A stretch of 49,246 nucleotides of DNA from Actinomycetota bacterium (GTDB lineage: Bacteria; Actinomycetota; Acidimicrobiia; Acidimicrobiales; Ilumatobacteraceae). Each line of letters opens with the position of its first letter. Positions within the stretch are counted from its first letter, which is position 1. Made by a program: the position numbers and the translations under genes. Shown in pieces: positions 16,750-26,975 of the stretch. Below the pieces are notes generated by a model, which saw only the letters and a program-made list of their open reading frames with translations, had not been told where the DNA came from and did not search any database. The stretch lies in contig JBJTXX010000467.1 in the NCBI GenBank assembly GCA_046082485.1, positions 1-49,246 on the forward strand, read 5' to 3'.

Positions 16750-17448
16750 TCAGACGCTGACGGTCTCGCGGTGGTGCTCGACGGCCAGCACCACGTCGTC
16801 GGCCTTCTTGGAGGCGAAGGCGTGGATGAAGCCGGCAAGCGACAGGGCGAACAGCACGATGGCGGCGATGATCGTCACCCACGCGGCCTGACCGGCGCGC
16901 TCGCCGAAGATGCTGAACCCGTAGGTGGTCAGCAGCAGACCGCGGAGTGTCTCACCGGTCTGCAGCGTGCCCCGCAGGCCCTTGGCGCCGTCGAGTGCCT
17001 TCTGCGCCTCGTCGATCTTGGCCTGGTCGCCCGATTCCTGGGCGGCGGTCAGGGCATCGACCAGCGAGACCTCGGTGCCGGGACGCACGTAGGCGCCCAT
17101 CGTGGCGTAGGTGGCGCCCTCGTAACCGGCGGCCTTCGCTGACTCCTCCATGTGGAGGGCGATGTACGAGCTGGCATAGCACTCGGCCTTCTTGCCCGAG
17201 TCGAGCACCTGACCCTTCGTGGCATCGCCGACGGTGGTGCCGTACTCGACGAGGCAGGGGGCAGCCTTCTCCTCGTCGGACAGGAACTTGGCCGGCGTGA
17301 AGTTGATCTTCTGCGCGGTCAGTTCGGTGCGGACGTAGTTGTCCGCGAAGCTCTTCTGGTTGTTCAGGATCAGGCCGACGACGAGCAGCAGCACGCTGAA
17401 GACCACGCCGCCGATGCTGAACGCCACGTCGAGAGTGCGACGCTTCAT
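16750..17448 (-). CDS. Two-TM membrane protein with about 170-aa extracytoplasmic domain; function unknown
   Basis: ATG at 17448 is preceded by a strong SD (GGAGGAAACACA-ATG on the minus strand). The N-terminal TM is VAFSIGGVVFSVLLLVVGLIL and the C-terminal TM is AAWVTIIAAIVLFALSLAGFI. The loop contains two Cys. Confidence 0.7.
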   Translation of the reverse strand: MKRRTLDVAFSIGGVVFSVLLLVVGLILNNQKSFADNYVRTELTAQKINFTPAKFLSDEEKAAPCLVEYGTTVGDATKGQVLDSGKKAECYASSYIALHMEESAKAAGYEGATYATMGAYVRPGTEVSLVDALTAAQESGDQAKIDEAQKALDGAKGLRGTLQTGETLRGLLLTTYGFSIFGERAGQAAWVTIIAAIVLFALSLAGFIHAFASKKADDVVLAVEHHRETVSV

Positions 17449-17683
17449 TGTGTGTTTCCTCCTTGCGACCGTCGGGGACTCGGGCCGCTGGAGCCATCCT
17501 CGTCGTCGAAACGGCACCGGCGACAGGGACCCACAGCCCCTCCTGTTCGGGACTTTGGGCCGCGCGACGTCGACGACGGCCGCAAACGTGCCGCTGAGCA
17601 GGGGTGATACACATCAAGACAGCATCAACCGGTGGTGCCGACGGGAGGATCGAAAGCACTCTCCGTGAGTATTGCGGCGTATA

Positions 17684-17712
17684 TTGACACCGAGAGTGTT
17701 CACGGGTACCGT
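17684..17712 (+). promoter_or_regulatory. Candidate housekeeping-sigma promoter for the FtsH-like gene
   Basis: TTGACA at 17684-17689, a 17-nt spacer, then TACCGT (TAnnnT) at 17707-17712. A GGAGG SD lies 6 nt before the ATG at 17740. This is a pattern match only. Confidence 0.3.
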
Positions 17713-17739
17713 GCCCTCCAGCAACCCCGGAGGCACACC

Positions 17740-19479
<1,740 letters not shown>

Positions 19480-19497
19480 CCGCCTAGCCTCCCCGAT

Positions 19498-20256
19498 GTG
19501 AGCCTGTTCCGCCGACGGCGACAGCGGCCCGTGCCCGACGAGCGCATCGCGCACGCGGTGCCACGATGGACACCCTCGTGGGGTGCCCTCACACCCGACG
19601 AGCGAGACGTGCTGGTGCAGTACTCGGCGGCCCTGGCCGACGGCTTCCGCTGGGAGGCCGCTCGCGGCTTCCGTCTCACCGACGAGGTCCGGGTGGCCAT
19701 CGGAGCCCAGGCGGCGCTGCTGCTGCTCGGACTCGACGACGGCCTCGACAACTACGAGCAGGTCACCTCGGTGATCGTGCACGCCACCACCATCGTGCGG
19801 ACCGGCGAGCACGCATGGGGCGACGGACTCGTCGCCGAGGGCGACGACCCGTTGATCGGTGAGGCCATCCATCGAGGCCCCGTCGTGCTGGCGTGGGACG
19901 CCGTGGTGCAGCAGGCGCTGCAGCCCCAACGGGGCGAGAACGTGGTGCTGCACGAGTTCGCGCACCGACTCGACATGCTCGACGGTCTCAGCGACGGCAC
20001 GCCGCCCCTGGCCGATGCGGGCGAACTCGCCCGATGGGTCACCACGTGCCGGGCAACGCTGGAGCGTCTGCGTGCCCACACCGCACCGTCGGTGCTGCGT
20101 GCCTACGCCGAGACGAACCCGGCCGAGTTCTTCGCGGTCGCCACCGAGGTGTTCTTCACCCGGCCGGTGGCTCTGCGCGAGGAAGACCCCTCGCTCTACG
20201 ACGTGCTGCGCTCGTACTACGGGCAGGACCCTGCCACCCGACTGCAGTTCACCTGA
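19498..20256 (+). CDS. MtfA-like zinc peptidase (M90 family)
   Basis: GTG start 18 nt after the FtsH-like stop. Has an HEFAH zinc motif followed by AETNPAEFFAVATEVFF, matching the M90/MtfA pattern. Confidence 0.7.
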   Translation: MSLFRRRRQRPVPDERIAHAVPRWTPSWGALTPDERDVLVQYSAALADGFRWEAARGFRLTDEVRVAIGAQAALLLLGLDDGLDNYEQVTSVIVHATTIVRTGEHAWGDGLVAEGDDPLIGEAIHRGPVVLAWDAVVQQALQPQRGENVVLHEFAHRLDMLDGLSDGTPPLADAGELARWVTTCRATLERLRAHTAPSVLRAYAETNPAEFFAVATEVFFTRPVALREEDPSLYDVLRSYYGQDPATRLQFT

Positions 20257-20262
20257 CCGGCG

Positions 20263-20958
20263 TCAGCCCGCCGAGTCCAGCAGACCGGCGTCGAGTCGGC
20301 CGTCGACGATGTGCACCGTGCGGTCGGCGAAGTGCGTGATGCGCGTGTCGTGGGTGACGATGATCGCCGCGGTGTCGCGTGCCTTCATCTCGTTGCGGAT
20401 CAGTTCCATCACCTGCTGGCCGATCTTCGTGTCGAGGGCCGACGTCGGCTCGTCGAACAGCACCAGGCGCGGGTTGTTGAACAGGGCCCTTCCGATGGCC
20501 ACCCGCTGACGCTCGCCGCCGCTCAACTGGCCCGGGAGATTGCCGAGACGATGGCCGAGTCCGAGTTCGTCGAGCAACTGGCGGGCACGGGCCTTCGCTG
20601 CCTTGCCGCCCTTGCCGCCGCCGAGTTCGTCGACCACCAGCAGGTTCTCCTCCGCCGTCAGGAACGGCACGAGGTTGACCGACTGGAACACGAACCCGAC
20701 GTTCTCGCGGCGGAACTCGGTGAGTTGCTTGGGCGTGTGCCCGCTGATGTCGTGACCGGCCATGACCACGGTGCCGTCGGTGGGCGTGAGCAGACCACCG
20801 GCGATCGACAGCAGCGTGGTCTTGCCCGAGCCCGAAGGGCCCAGTAACGCCACGATCTCGCCGTGGTCCACCTGCACGGTGGCGTGGTCGAGGGCGACGA
20901 TGTCGGCGTCACCGCTGCGGTACACCTTGCGCACGTCGCGCATGTCGAGGACGGTCAT
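20263..20958 (-). CDS. ABC transporter ATP-binding protein (MacB/LolD-type)
   Basis: Starts MTVLDMRDVRKVY. Walker A GPSGSGKTT, signature LSGGERQRVAIGRA and Walker B LVLFDEPTSALD are present. Confidence 0.9.
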   Translation of the reverse strand: MTVLDMRDVRKVYRSGDADIVALDHATVQVDHGEIVALLGPSGSGKTTLLSIAGGLLTPTDGTVVMAGHDISGHTPKQLTEFRRENVGFVFQSVNLVPFLTAEENLLVVDELGGGKGGKAAKARARQLLDELGLGHRLGNLPGQLSGGERQRVAIGRALFNNPRLVLFDEPTSALDTKIGQQVMELIRNEMKARDTAAIIVTHDTRITHFADRTVHIVDGRLDAGLLDSAG

Positions 20959-20971
20959 GGATGGCCCTTTC

Positions 20972-22057
20972 TCACGAAGCACTCCCGATCGCCGACGCAG
21001 GGTCGACGCGTGTGACACGGCGCAGCGAGATGGCGCTGCCGAGCACGGCCGCCACCAGCAACCCGATGAACGTGGAGACGAAACGTGCCGGTGTGAGCTG
21101 CAGCGGCACCTTGGCGGGCAGCGCCGCCGTGGCGAGTAGCGCCAGTGCGGCACCGATCACGAACGCGATCACCGCCACCACCACTGCCTGCAGCACGACC
21201 CCGGCGAACAGACGACGGGTGGATGCACCGATCGCCTTCAGCACGCCGTACAGCGCCAGCCGCTCGAGCGTGAGCAGGCTGAAGAACAGGCCCACCACGG
21301 CGAGCACCACCACCAGCGTCGAGTAGATGATCTGGTTGAAGGTGTCGCGCTGCTGTTTCACCCCAGGAAGGGCGAGCACCGCGTCGTCGACGGTCAGCGA
21401 CTTCGTCGCACCTGTCGCCGCGTCGATGGCCTGCGGCGTCACGTCGCCGCGCACCACGAGAGCCTGCACCACGTCGTCGGCGACCGCAGCGTCGGGTCGG
21501 TTGGCGTTCTGCACCTGACGCCATGTGGCGAGGTCCACCCAGACGGAACTCTGCAGCAGATAGGCGGTGTCGTCGACGAACCCGACGACCTCGATGGGCG
21601 ACTTCGCCGGCCCGACGAGGATGACGTCACCCACCGACACGCCCAGATCCCTCAGGCGACTGTCGGCCACACCCGTGCCGGTTGCCGGCGGCTCGGGCAG
21701 GCCGGCCGGGGGCAGTTCGTAACCCGCGACCGCCACATCGGCCAGTTCATCGCTGCCCGGCACACGTGCACCCAGCAACACGAAGCCGAGGCCACCGACG
21801 CTCTCCACCCCGTCGACGCGCTCCACAGCGGAGCGCAAGAGCGGTGGAATGCGGCTGCGCAGGAACGAGTCGCGAGCCGTCGACGAGTAGACCACGGCGT
21901 CGGCGCGCTGCGACCGGATGGCTCCGGTGGAGCCCAGGTAGAGGCCGTCGAGCAATCCACCGAGGAAGAGCAGCAGTGTGGCGAGGAACGCCAGCACCGC
22001 GGTCGCCACCACGAACCGCGAGGGTCGGCGGCGCAACTCGAGCAGGGGCAGTCTCAT
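20972..22057 (-). CDS. ABC transporter permease, FtsX/MacB-type
   Basis: 361 aa. It has an N-terminal TM, a large extracytoplasmic domain and three C-terminal TMs (LKAIGAS...). The start overlaps the stop of the upstream permease (ATGA). Confidence 0.8.
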   Translation of the reverse strand: MRLPLLELRRRPSRFVVATAVLAFLATLLLFLGGLLDGLYLGSTGAIRSQRADAVVYSSTARDSFLRSRIPPLLRSAVERVDGVESVGGLGFVLLGARVPGSDELADVAVAGYELPPAGLPEPPATGTGVADSRLRDLGVSVGDVILVGPAKSPIEVVGFVDDTAYLLQSSVWVDLATWRQVQNANRPDAAVADDVVQALVVRGDVTPQAIDAATGATKSLTVDDAVLALPGVKQQRDTFNQIIYSTLVVVLAVVGLFFSLLTLERLALYGVLKAIGASTRRLFAGVVLQAVVVAVIAFVIGAALALLATAALPAKVPLQLTPARFVSTFIGLLVAAVLGSAISLRRVTRVDPASAIGSAS

Positions 22058-23172
22058 GCGCTCACCCCTGCGCCGGTGGTGGCGGCCAACGGGTCGATGC
22101 GCAGCACGCGGCGCACCGCCACCAGCGAGGTGAGCAGGGCGAGCACCAGCACCACGACCGAGGTGACGACGACCGACATGGGCTCGACGCGCACACCGAG
22201 GTTCTTCACGCCCTGCAACGAACCCGCATAGAGGCCGAAGGCGATCACCGAGCCCACCACCATCACTGACACGACCTGCACCAGCAGACCGCGCACCAGC
22301 ACCCGCGCCGGCGCGCCGATGGCCCTCAGCAACGTGAGTGCCGAGGCCTTCTGGAACGTCACGATCAGGAAGAACAAGCCGGTGACCAGCGGCACGACCA
22401 GGTAGAAGAGGGCAAGGATCACGGCGAAGCTCGAGCGCACGCTGCTCACACCCGGCGAACCGTCGACGGCCTGCTGCCGGGTCAGGGCCTGCACTCCGTC
22501 CACCGCGGCATCGATGGCGGTGGCCACTGCCGCTGGGTCCGCGCCCGGTTGCACCCGAACCGCGACGGCCGAGGGCAGCACCACCTGGGCATCCGGATTG
22601 CGCGTACGCACGGCCGACTCGAAGGTTGAAGTGTCGACGAACAGCACCGGCGCCACGGAGTAATTGATGTCGCGGGCAAGGCCGACCACCGTGATGCGCG
22701 TGCCGTCCGGCTCCACCGACACCACGTCACCGATGCCGAACCCGTCGGCGCGGTCCTTCTCGCTGGCGACGGCCTCGTCCGGCCCCTGCGGCAGACGGCC
22801 CTCCACCAGGGTGGTGGGCTGCCCGGGCCCGCCGAGTCGGTAGCCGAAGATCACGGCGTCCTTGATCTCCCCGAGTGCCGTCACGCTGAAGGTGCTCTCG
22901 CCGAGAGGGGCGGCATCCGCCACGCCCGTCACGGAGGCCACGGCCTGCACCTGTTCGGGCGTCACCCGAGAACCCTCGAGGTTCTGGCGAGCCTGGTCGT
23001 TGTAGACCACCACGTCGGCACTCTGGTTGCGCAGGGCACCGATGAACTGGGTGATCAGCCCGCCGAGCAGCGCCTGCTGGAACAGGATGAGGAACACCAG
23101 CAGCCCCACGGCACCGGCGAGCAGGCCGAAGCGCAGCTTGGCCCGCTTGATCTCCTTGAGCGCGAGGAACAT
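22054..23172 (-). CDS. ABC transporter permease, FtsX/MacB-type (second paralogue)
   Basis: Start at ATG 23172 (MFLALKEIKRAKLRFGL). It has the same architecture as 20972..22057 (LLRAIGAP...). The long upstream extension of the ORF is Arg/Gly/Pro-rich and not credible. Confidence 0.8.
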   Translation of the reverse strand: MFLALKEIKRAKLRFGLLAGAVGLLVFLILFQQALLGGLITQFIGALRNQSADVVVYNDQARQNLEGSRVTPEQVQAVASVTGVADAAPLGESTFSVTALGEIKDAVIFGYRLGGPGQPTTLVEGRLPQGPDEAVASEKDRADGFGIGDVVSVEPDGTRITVVGLARDINYSVAPVLFVDTSTFESAVRTRNPDAQVVLPSAVAVRVQPGADPAAVATAIDAAVDGVQALTRQQAVDGSPGVSSVRSSFAVILALFYLVVPLVTGLFFLIVTFQKASALTLLRAIGAPARVLVRGLLVQVVSVMVVGSVIAFGLYAGSLQGVKNLGVRVEPMSVVVTSVVVLVLALLTSLVAVRRVLRIDPLAATTGAGVSA

Positions 23173-23186
23173 CGCTGCGGAATCTG

Positions 23187-24287
23187 TCAGAGCGGCGGCG
23201 CGGCGTCCAAGCGGGCACCGGGGTTGGCGGCGAGGTGGTCGAACCGACCGGCGGGGCGGATGCGGCGGTAGGCCTCGACCACCGGGGCGAGTTCCGCTGG
23301 CGCAGCACCGTGCAGGATGACGCTGTCGGCACCGAGTTCCATCTGCCGCAGCACCGCTGCCGCGCACTGCTCGGCGCTGCCGGTGGCCGCGGGTGCCAGC
23401 CACTCCTGCGGGATGAGCGTCGCCACGTGTTCGAGCTCCGCCGTGGTGGCCTTGCCGTCCAGCGCCCCTCGGAAGCCGGCCACGAACGGGTCGGCCCGGA
23501 AGCGGGCCAGCACCGCTGGATCCCAGTCGTTGGTTCGCACCATGAGGTCGCCGTAGGCCTGCAGGTAGGTGGCCATACGGCCCACCGTCTTCTTCAGCCG
23601 GACGTCCCCGGGCAGCCAGTCGCCGATCACCGCGTAGCAGCTCCACACCCGCACGGCAGCGGGGTCTCGGCGCGCCTGCTCGGCGCTCGCGCGCACCGTG
23701 GCGACACACCGCTGCAGGGTCTCGTCGGTGAAGAACGTGTGCAGCAGCACCGCGTCGAATGCCCGACCGGCAAGGCGCAGGCTCTGCGGACCGAACGCAC
23801 TCATCAGCAGCGGGATGTCCTCGCGGAACTCCGGGTCGAGCGCCAGCACCGGCCACTTCCCTGCCGGGCCGTCGTGGCCCAGCACCACGTCGCCGCGCCA
23901 CAGTCGCCGCATCAGCCCGGCGAAGTCCTCCATCTGCGCAGTCGTGATGCGCGGCAGCCCGAACGCATCGAACATGCGGTCCATGCCCCGGCCCAGACCC
24001 AGCGCGAACCTGCCGCCTGTCAGTCGGTGCATCGTGGTGGCGTAACTGGCCGTGACCACCGGGTGCCGGGTGTTGTGGTTCGTGACACCGGTGGTGATGC
24101 CGAGGCTGGACGTCACGGCCGCGGCTGCCCCCGAGAGGGTGACGGCCTCCTTGATGTTGAACCGCTCGCTCAGGAACACCGAACCGAAGCCCAGGGCCTC
24201 ACCGTCGCGGCACTCGGAAAGCAGGTCTGCCGGCGAGCGAGGGGCTCCCGGCAGACCATAGAAGGCGAGTTCGTTCAGTTGTTCCAC
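23187..24287 (-). CDS. Luciferase-like monooxygenase (LLM) family oxidoreductase, probably F420-dependent
   Basis: 366 aa. Contains GFGSVFLSERFN, GGRFALGLGRG and a TIM-barrel LLM pattern. The cofactor assignment is inferred from the family and taxon only. Confidence 0.75.
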   Translation of the reverse strand: MEQLNELAFYGLPGAPRSPADLLSECRDGEALGFGSVFLSERFNIKEAVTLSGAAAAVTSSLGITTGVTNHNTRHPVVTASYATTMHRLTGGRFALGLGRGMDRMFDAFGLPRITTAQMEDFAGLMRRLWRGDVVLGHDGPAGKWPVLALDPEFREDIPLLMSAFGPQSLRLAGRAFDAVLLHTFFTDETLQRCVATVRASAEQARRDPAAVRVWSCYAVIGDWLPGDVRLKKTVGRMATYLQAYGDLMVRTNDWDPAVLARFRADPFVAGFRGALDGKATTAELEHVATLIPQEWLAPAATGSAEQCAAAVLRQMELGADSVILHGAAPAELAPVVEAYRRIRPAGRFDHLAANPGARLDAAPPL

Positions 24288-24330
24288 GCCGCAACCGTAG
24301 GCCGCGGTCGAAGAGGGGGCACGGCCGTGC

Positions 24331-25281
24331 TCAGCCGTTCGAGGTGTCGTCGCCGCCCTTGCCCTTGCCCTTGCCCGAGCCGGGAGTCGTCGAGGGCGTG
24401 CTGGTCACCGGCGAGGACGAAGCGGTGGTGGTGACGGGGGCGGCATCGTCGCTGCCCTTGCCCTTGCCGCCCTTGCCCTTGCCGCTGTCGTCGGTGGTGC
24501 CGCCCGAGGGCGTGGTGACCGAAGGGCTGCTGGTGCCGGGGGCATCGTCGGCGCCATGGCCGCCACTGTGGCTGCCGCCGCCGTGGTCGTCGCCCGCTGC
24601 GTCATCGGCACCGTGACCGCCACTGCCGTGGTCGTCGCCCGCGTCGTGCGCAGCGTCGGCGAGCAAGCAATAGTCGGCGACCGAGACGCCCATCGAGGCG
24701 GCCTGCGCCGCGAGGGCTGCGGTGTCGTCCGCCGAGGCGAGGCCTTTCTGGGCGTCCTCGCACTGGTCGTGCGCATCGTGTGGGAACAGGCCCGAGTCGG
24801 CCACCGACGACGACGTCGCCGAATCGTCGATCGAGCTGCTCGTCACGGCACCGTCGACGGAGGTGCTCGTCGCCGAGTCGTCGGCCGAACTGCCGGGCAC
24901 GCTGACCGAGATGGTGGTGGCCGAGTCGTCGGCCGAGCTCACGAACGGGGTGGGGATCACGCCGCCAGCCGCAGCGGCGGCGGTGCCAGCGGCGAGCAGG
25001 GTGACGGCTGCCATGGCAGCGGCGCGCTTGGTGATGCGGGTGGTGAGCATGTGGACGACTCCGTTTCGGTGGGCGGCTGGGGCCGCGTGAGATGAAATAA
25101 CCGAAGCGGAGAACTGCTGCACGAAGGCAGCCATCCCCACCAGCTCGTCCGGCGTTGCCGGAGAGCGCATCGCATCGAGCAGCTCGGCTGCACCGTGGAA
25201 GGTGCCGGGAGCAGTGCCTGCTGCAGCGGTGCCATCGACCTGACCGTTGGCCAGGTCGTCGGGGAGGATGTGCTCGGTCAC
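24331..25281 (-). CDS. Putative single-pass anti-sigma factor with repeat-rich, His-rich extracytoplasmic domain
   Basis: The GTG start at 25281 overlaps the ECF sigma stop (GTGA). About 90 cytoplasmic residues are followed by the TM AAAMAAVTLLAAGTAAAAAGG. After that come 3 x S-S-(A/I)-D-D-S-A-T repeats, 2 x GDDHG..GGHGADDA and 2 x GKGKG tracts. Confidence 0.6.
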   Translation of the reverse strand: MTEHILPDDLANGQVDGTAAAGTAPGTFHGAAELLDAMRSPATPDELVGMAAFVQQFSASVISSHAAPAAHRNGVVHMLTTRITKRAAAMAAVTLLAAGTAAAAAGGVIPTPFVSSADDSATTISVSVPGSSADDSATSTSVDGAVTSSSIDDSATSSSVADSGLFPHDAHDQCEDAQKGLASADDTAALAAQAASMGVSVADYCLLADAAHDAGDDHGSGGHGADDAAGDDHGGGSHSGGHGADDAPGTSSPSVTTPSGGTTDDSGKGKGGKGKGSDDAAPVTTTASSSPVTSTPSTTPGSGKGKGKGGDDTSNG

Positions 25282-25895
25282 GCCGAACAGATCGTCGGGG
25301 AGGGGGCGTGCATTACAGGTTCCGCGGATTTTTCCGCGAAATGTTCCGCGAGCTTGCGCAGCGCCCGGTGCTGCGTCACGCGGACCCAGTTGGCGGGCCG
25401 GTCGTGCACCTCGGCGACGTGCGCCACGTCGAGGTCGCCGAGCACGCGCATCAGCAACACCTCGGCCTGGTCGGGCGGCAGGAGGGCCGTCACCAGATCG
25501 GCGGCGTCCTGACCCGAGAGTTGTCGCAGCACCACCTGCTCCGTGCTCTCGGAGGCCGGTAGCAGTGTGTCGGCGTGGTCGAAGTCGGTGGGGTCGGTGG
25601 CCCGGCGCACCGCCGTTCGCCGGTGATCGGCCAACCGTCGCCGAGCGATCGAGAACACCCATGAACGAAACCCGGTCAGGTCTCCCTCGAACGTCTGCAG
25701 GCCGCGGGCGACCGCCAGCCACACCTCGCCGGCAAGGTCGTCGGCCGACCGGGGTTCGGAGGCCCTCAGGAAGCGGAGCAGGCGCGGCTGAAGGTCCCTG
25801 AACAGGACCTCAGCCGCCCATGCCTCTCCCGCTCGGGCGGCAGCGAGCGCCTCAACGACGCTCCCGTCGCGAAGTTGGTCACTCGCTGCCGCCAC
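25278..25895 (-). CDS. ECF-type RNA polymerase sigma-70 family factor
   Basis: 205 aa. Region 2 is DDLAGEVWLAVARGLQTFEG..FRSWVFSIARRRLADHRR. Region 4 is LPPDQAEVLLMRVLGDLDVAHVAEVHDRPANWVRVTQHRALRKL. Confidence 0.85.
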   Translation of the reverse strand: MAAASDQLRDGSVVEALAAARAGEAWAAEVLFRDLQPRLLRFLRASEPRSADDLAGEVWLAVARGLQTFEGDLTGFRSWVFSIARRRLADHRRTAVRRATDPTDFDHADTLLPASESTEQVVLRQLSGQDAADLVTALLPPDQAEVLLMRVLGDLDVAHVAEVHDRPANWVRVTQHRALRKLAEHFAEKSAEPVMHAPSPTICSA

Positions 25896-25981
25896 TTACC
25901 GAGTATCCATTGGTCTCGGGGCGCGGCGCCCGTGCAGGGCCCTGAACAGGTCGAACGACCTACTCCGTTAGAATCGACCGG

Positions 25982-26941
25982 ATGGCGGGTTTCACGTTGC
26001 GTCCCCTGTCGGCCACCGACCTGGACGAGGTGTGCGTCCTGTACAACGCCGCATATCGCCACGACGGCTCGCCGATGGTGATGGAGGTCGAGGAACTGGC
26101 GGAGGAACTCGACGACGAGCACGTGGTGTTCGCCACCGACACGATGGCAGCCGAGGCCGACGGCAGCATCGTCGGCTACGCCCACACGTACCACCTTCCC
26201 AGCGAGGTCCGTGAGGAGCGGTGCTACGTGTTCGGCATTGTGCACCCCCAGCACCGCAGGGCCGGCGTCGGCACGGCACTGATGCAGTGGGGGCTCCGCC
26301 GGGCCACCGAGCAGGTGCTGTCGTCGAGCAGTTCGCTGCCGGGCTTCGTGCGCACCGACGTGTCGGACACCATCACCGATGCGCACCGGGTGTTCGACAC
26401 CCTCGGCATGACACCCGTGCGGTACATGGACGAGCTGCTACGACCCCTCACCGACCTGCCGCCGCTCACCTCGGTCGACGGCGTGCGCATCGTGCCGTGG
26501 CCCGACGACCGCGACGAGGAGATCCGCACCGAGAAGAACATCTCGTTCGAGCAGCACTGGGGCAGCACGCCCACCTCGGCGCACCACTGGCAGCAGATGG
26601 TGCGCGGTTACGGCGCACGCCCCGACCTGTCGTTCGTGGCCCTCGACCCCGACGACCGGGTGATCGGTCACTGCCTGAACAAGCGCTTCCCGGCCGACGA
26701 CGATCTGCTGGGCCGAATGGATGCGTGGATCGACAACCTCGGGATCCTTCCGCAGTGGCGCGGTCGAGGTGTGGGCAGCGCCCTCATCGCCGCATCGCTG
26801 CACGCGTTCGCGGCCGAGGGCCTGACCCACGCGTCCATCGGGGTCGACAGCGAGAATCCCAGCGGGGCGGCCCAGCTGTATCGGGCCCTCGGGTTCCGCA
26901 CGAACCGCAGCTCCATCACACATCAATTGCAGGTCCGCTGA
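25982..26941 (+). CDS. Tandem-GNAT N-acetyltransferase (MshD-like architecture)
   Basis: 319 aa with two acetyl-CoA binding blocks (HPQHRRAGVGTALM and LPQWRGRGVGSALI). The size and two-domain layout resemble mycothiol synthase. The specific substrate is not established. Confidence 0.7.
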   Translation: MAGFTLRPLSATDLDEVCVLYNAAYRHDGSPMVMEVEELAEELDDEHVVFATDTMAAEADGSIVGYAHTYHLPSEVREERCYVFGIVHPQHRRAGVGTALMQWGLRRATEQVLSSSSSLPGFVRTDVSDTITDAHRVFDTLGMTPVRYMDELLRPLTDLPPLTSVDGVRIVPWPDDRDEEIRTEKNISFEQHWGSTPTSAHHWQQMVRGYGARPDLSFVALDPDDRVIGHCLNKRFPADDDLLGRMDAWIDNLGILPQWRGRGVGSALIAASLHAFAAEGLTHASIGVDSENPSGAAQLYRALGFRTNRSSITHQLQVR

Positions 26942-26975
26942 CCGAAGTCGTCCTGGGCGCGCCTATCGTTCGCCC

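Noticed and set aside
20263-23172. MacB-type ABC system with two different FtsX permeases, considered as a novel system.
   Set aside because: Heteromeric FtsX permease pairs with a LolD/MacB-like ATPase are common in Actinomycetota. I noticed nothing unusual beyond the paralogous pair.
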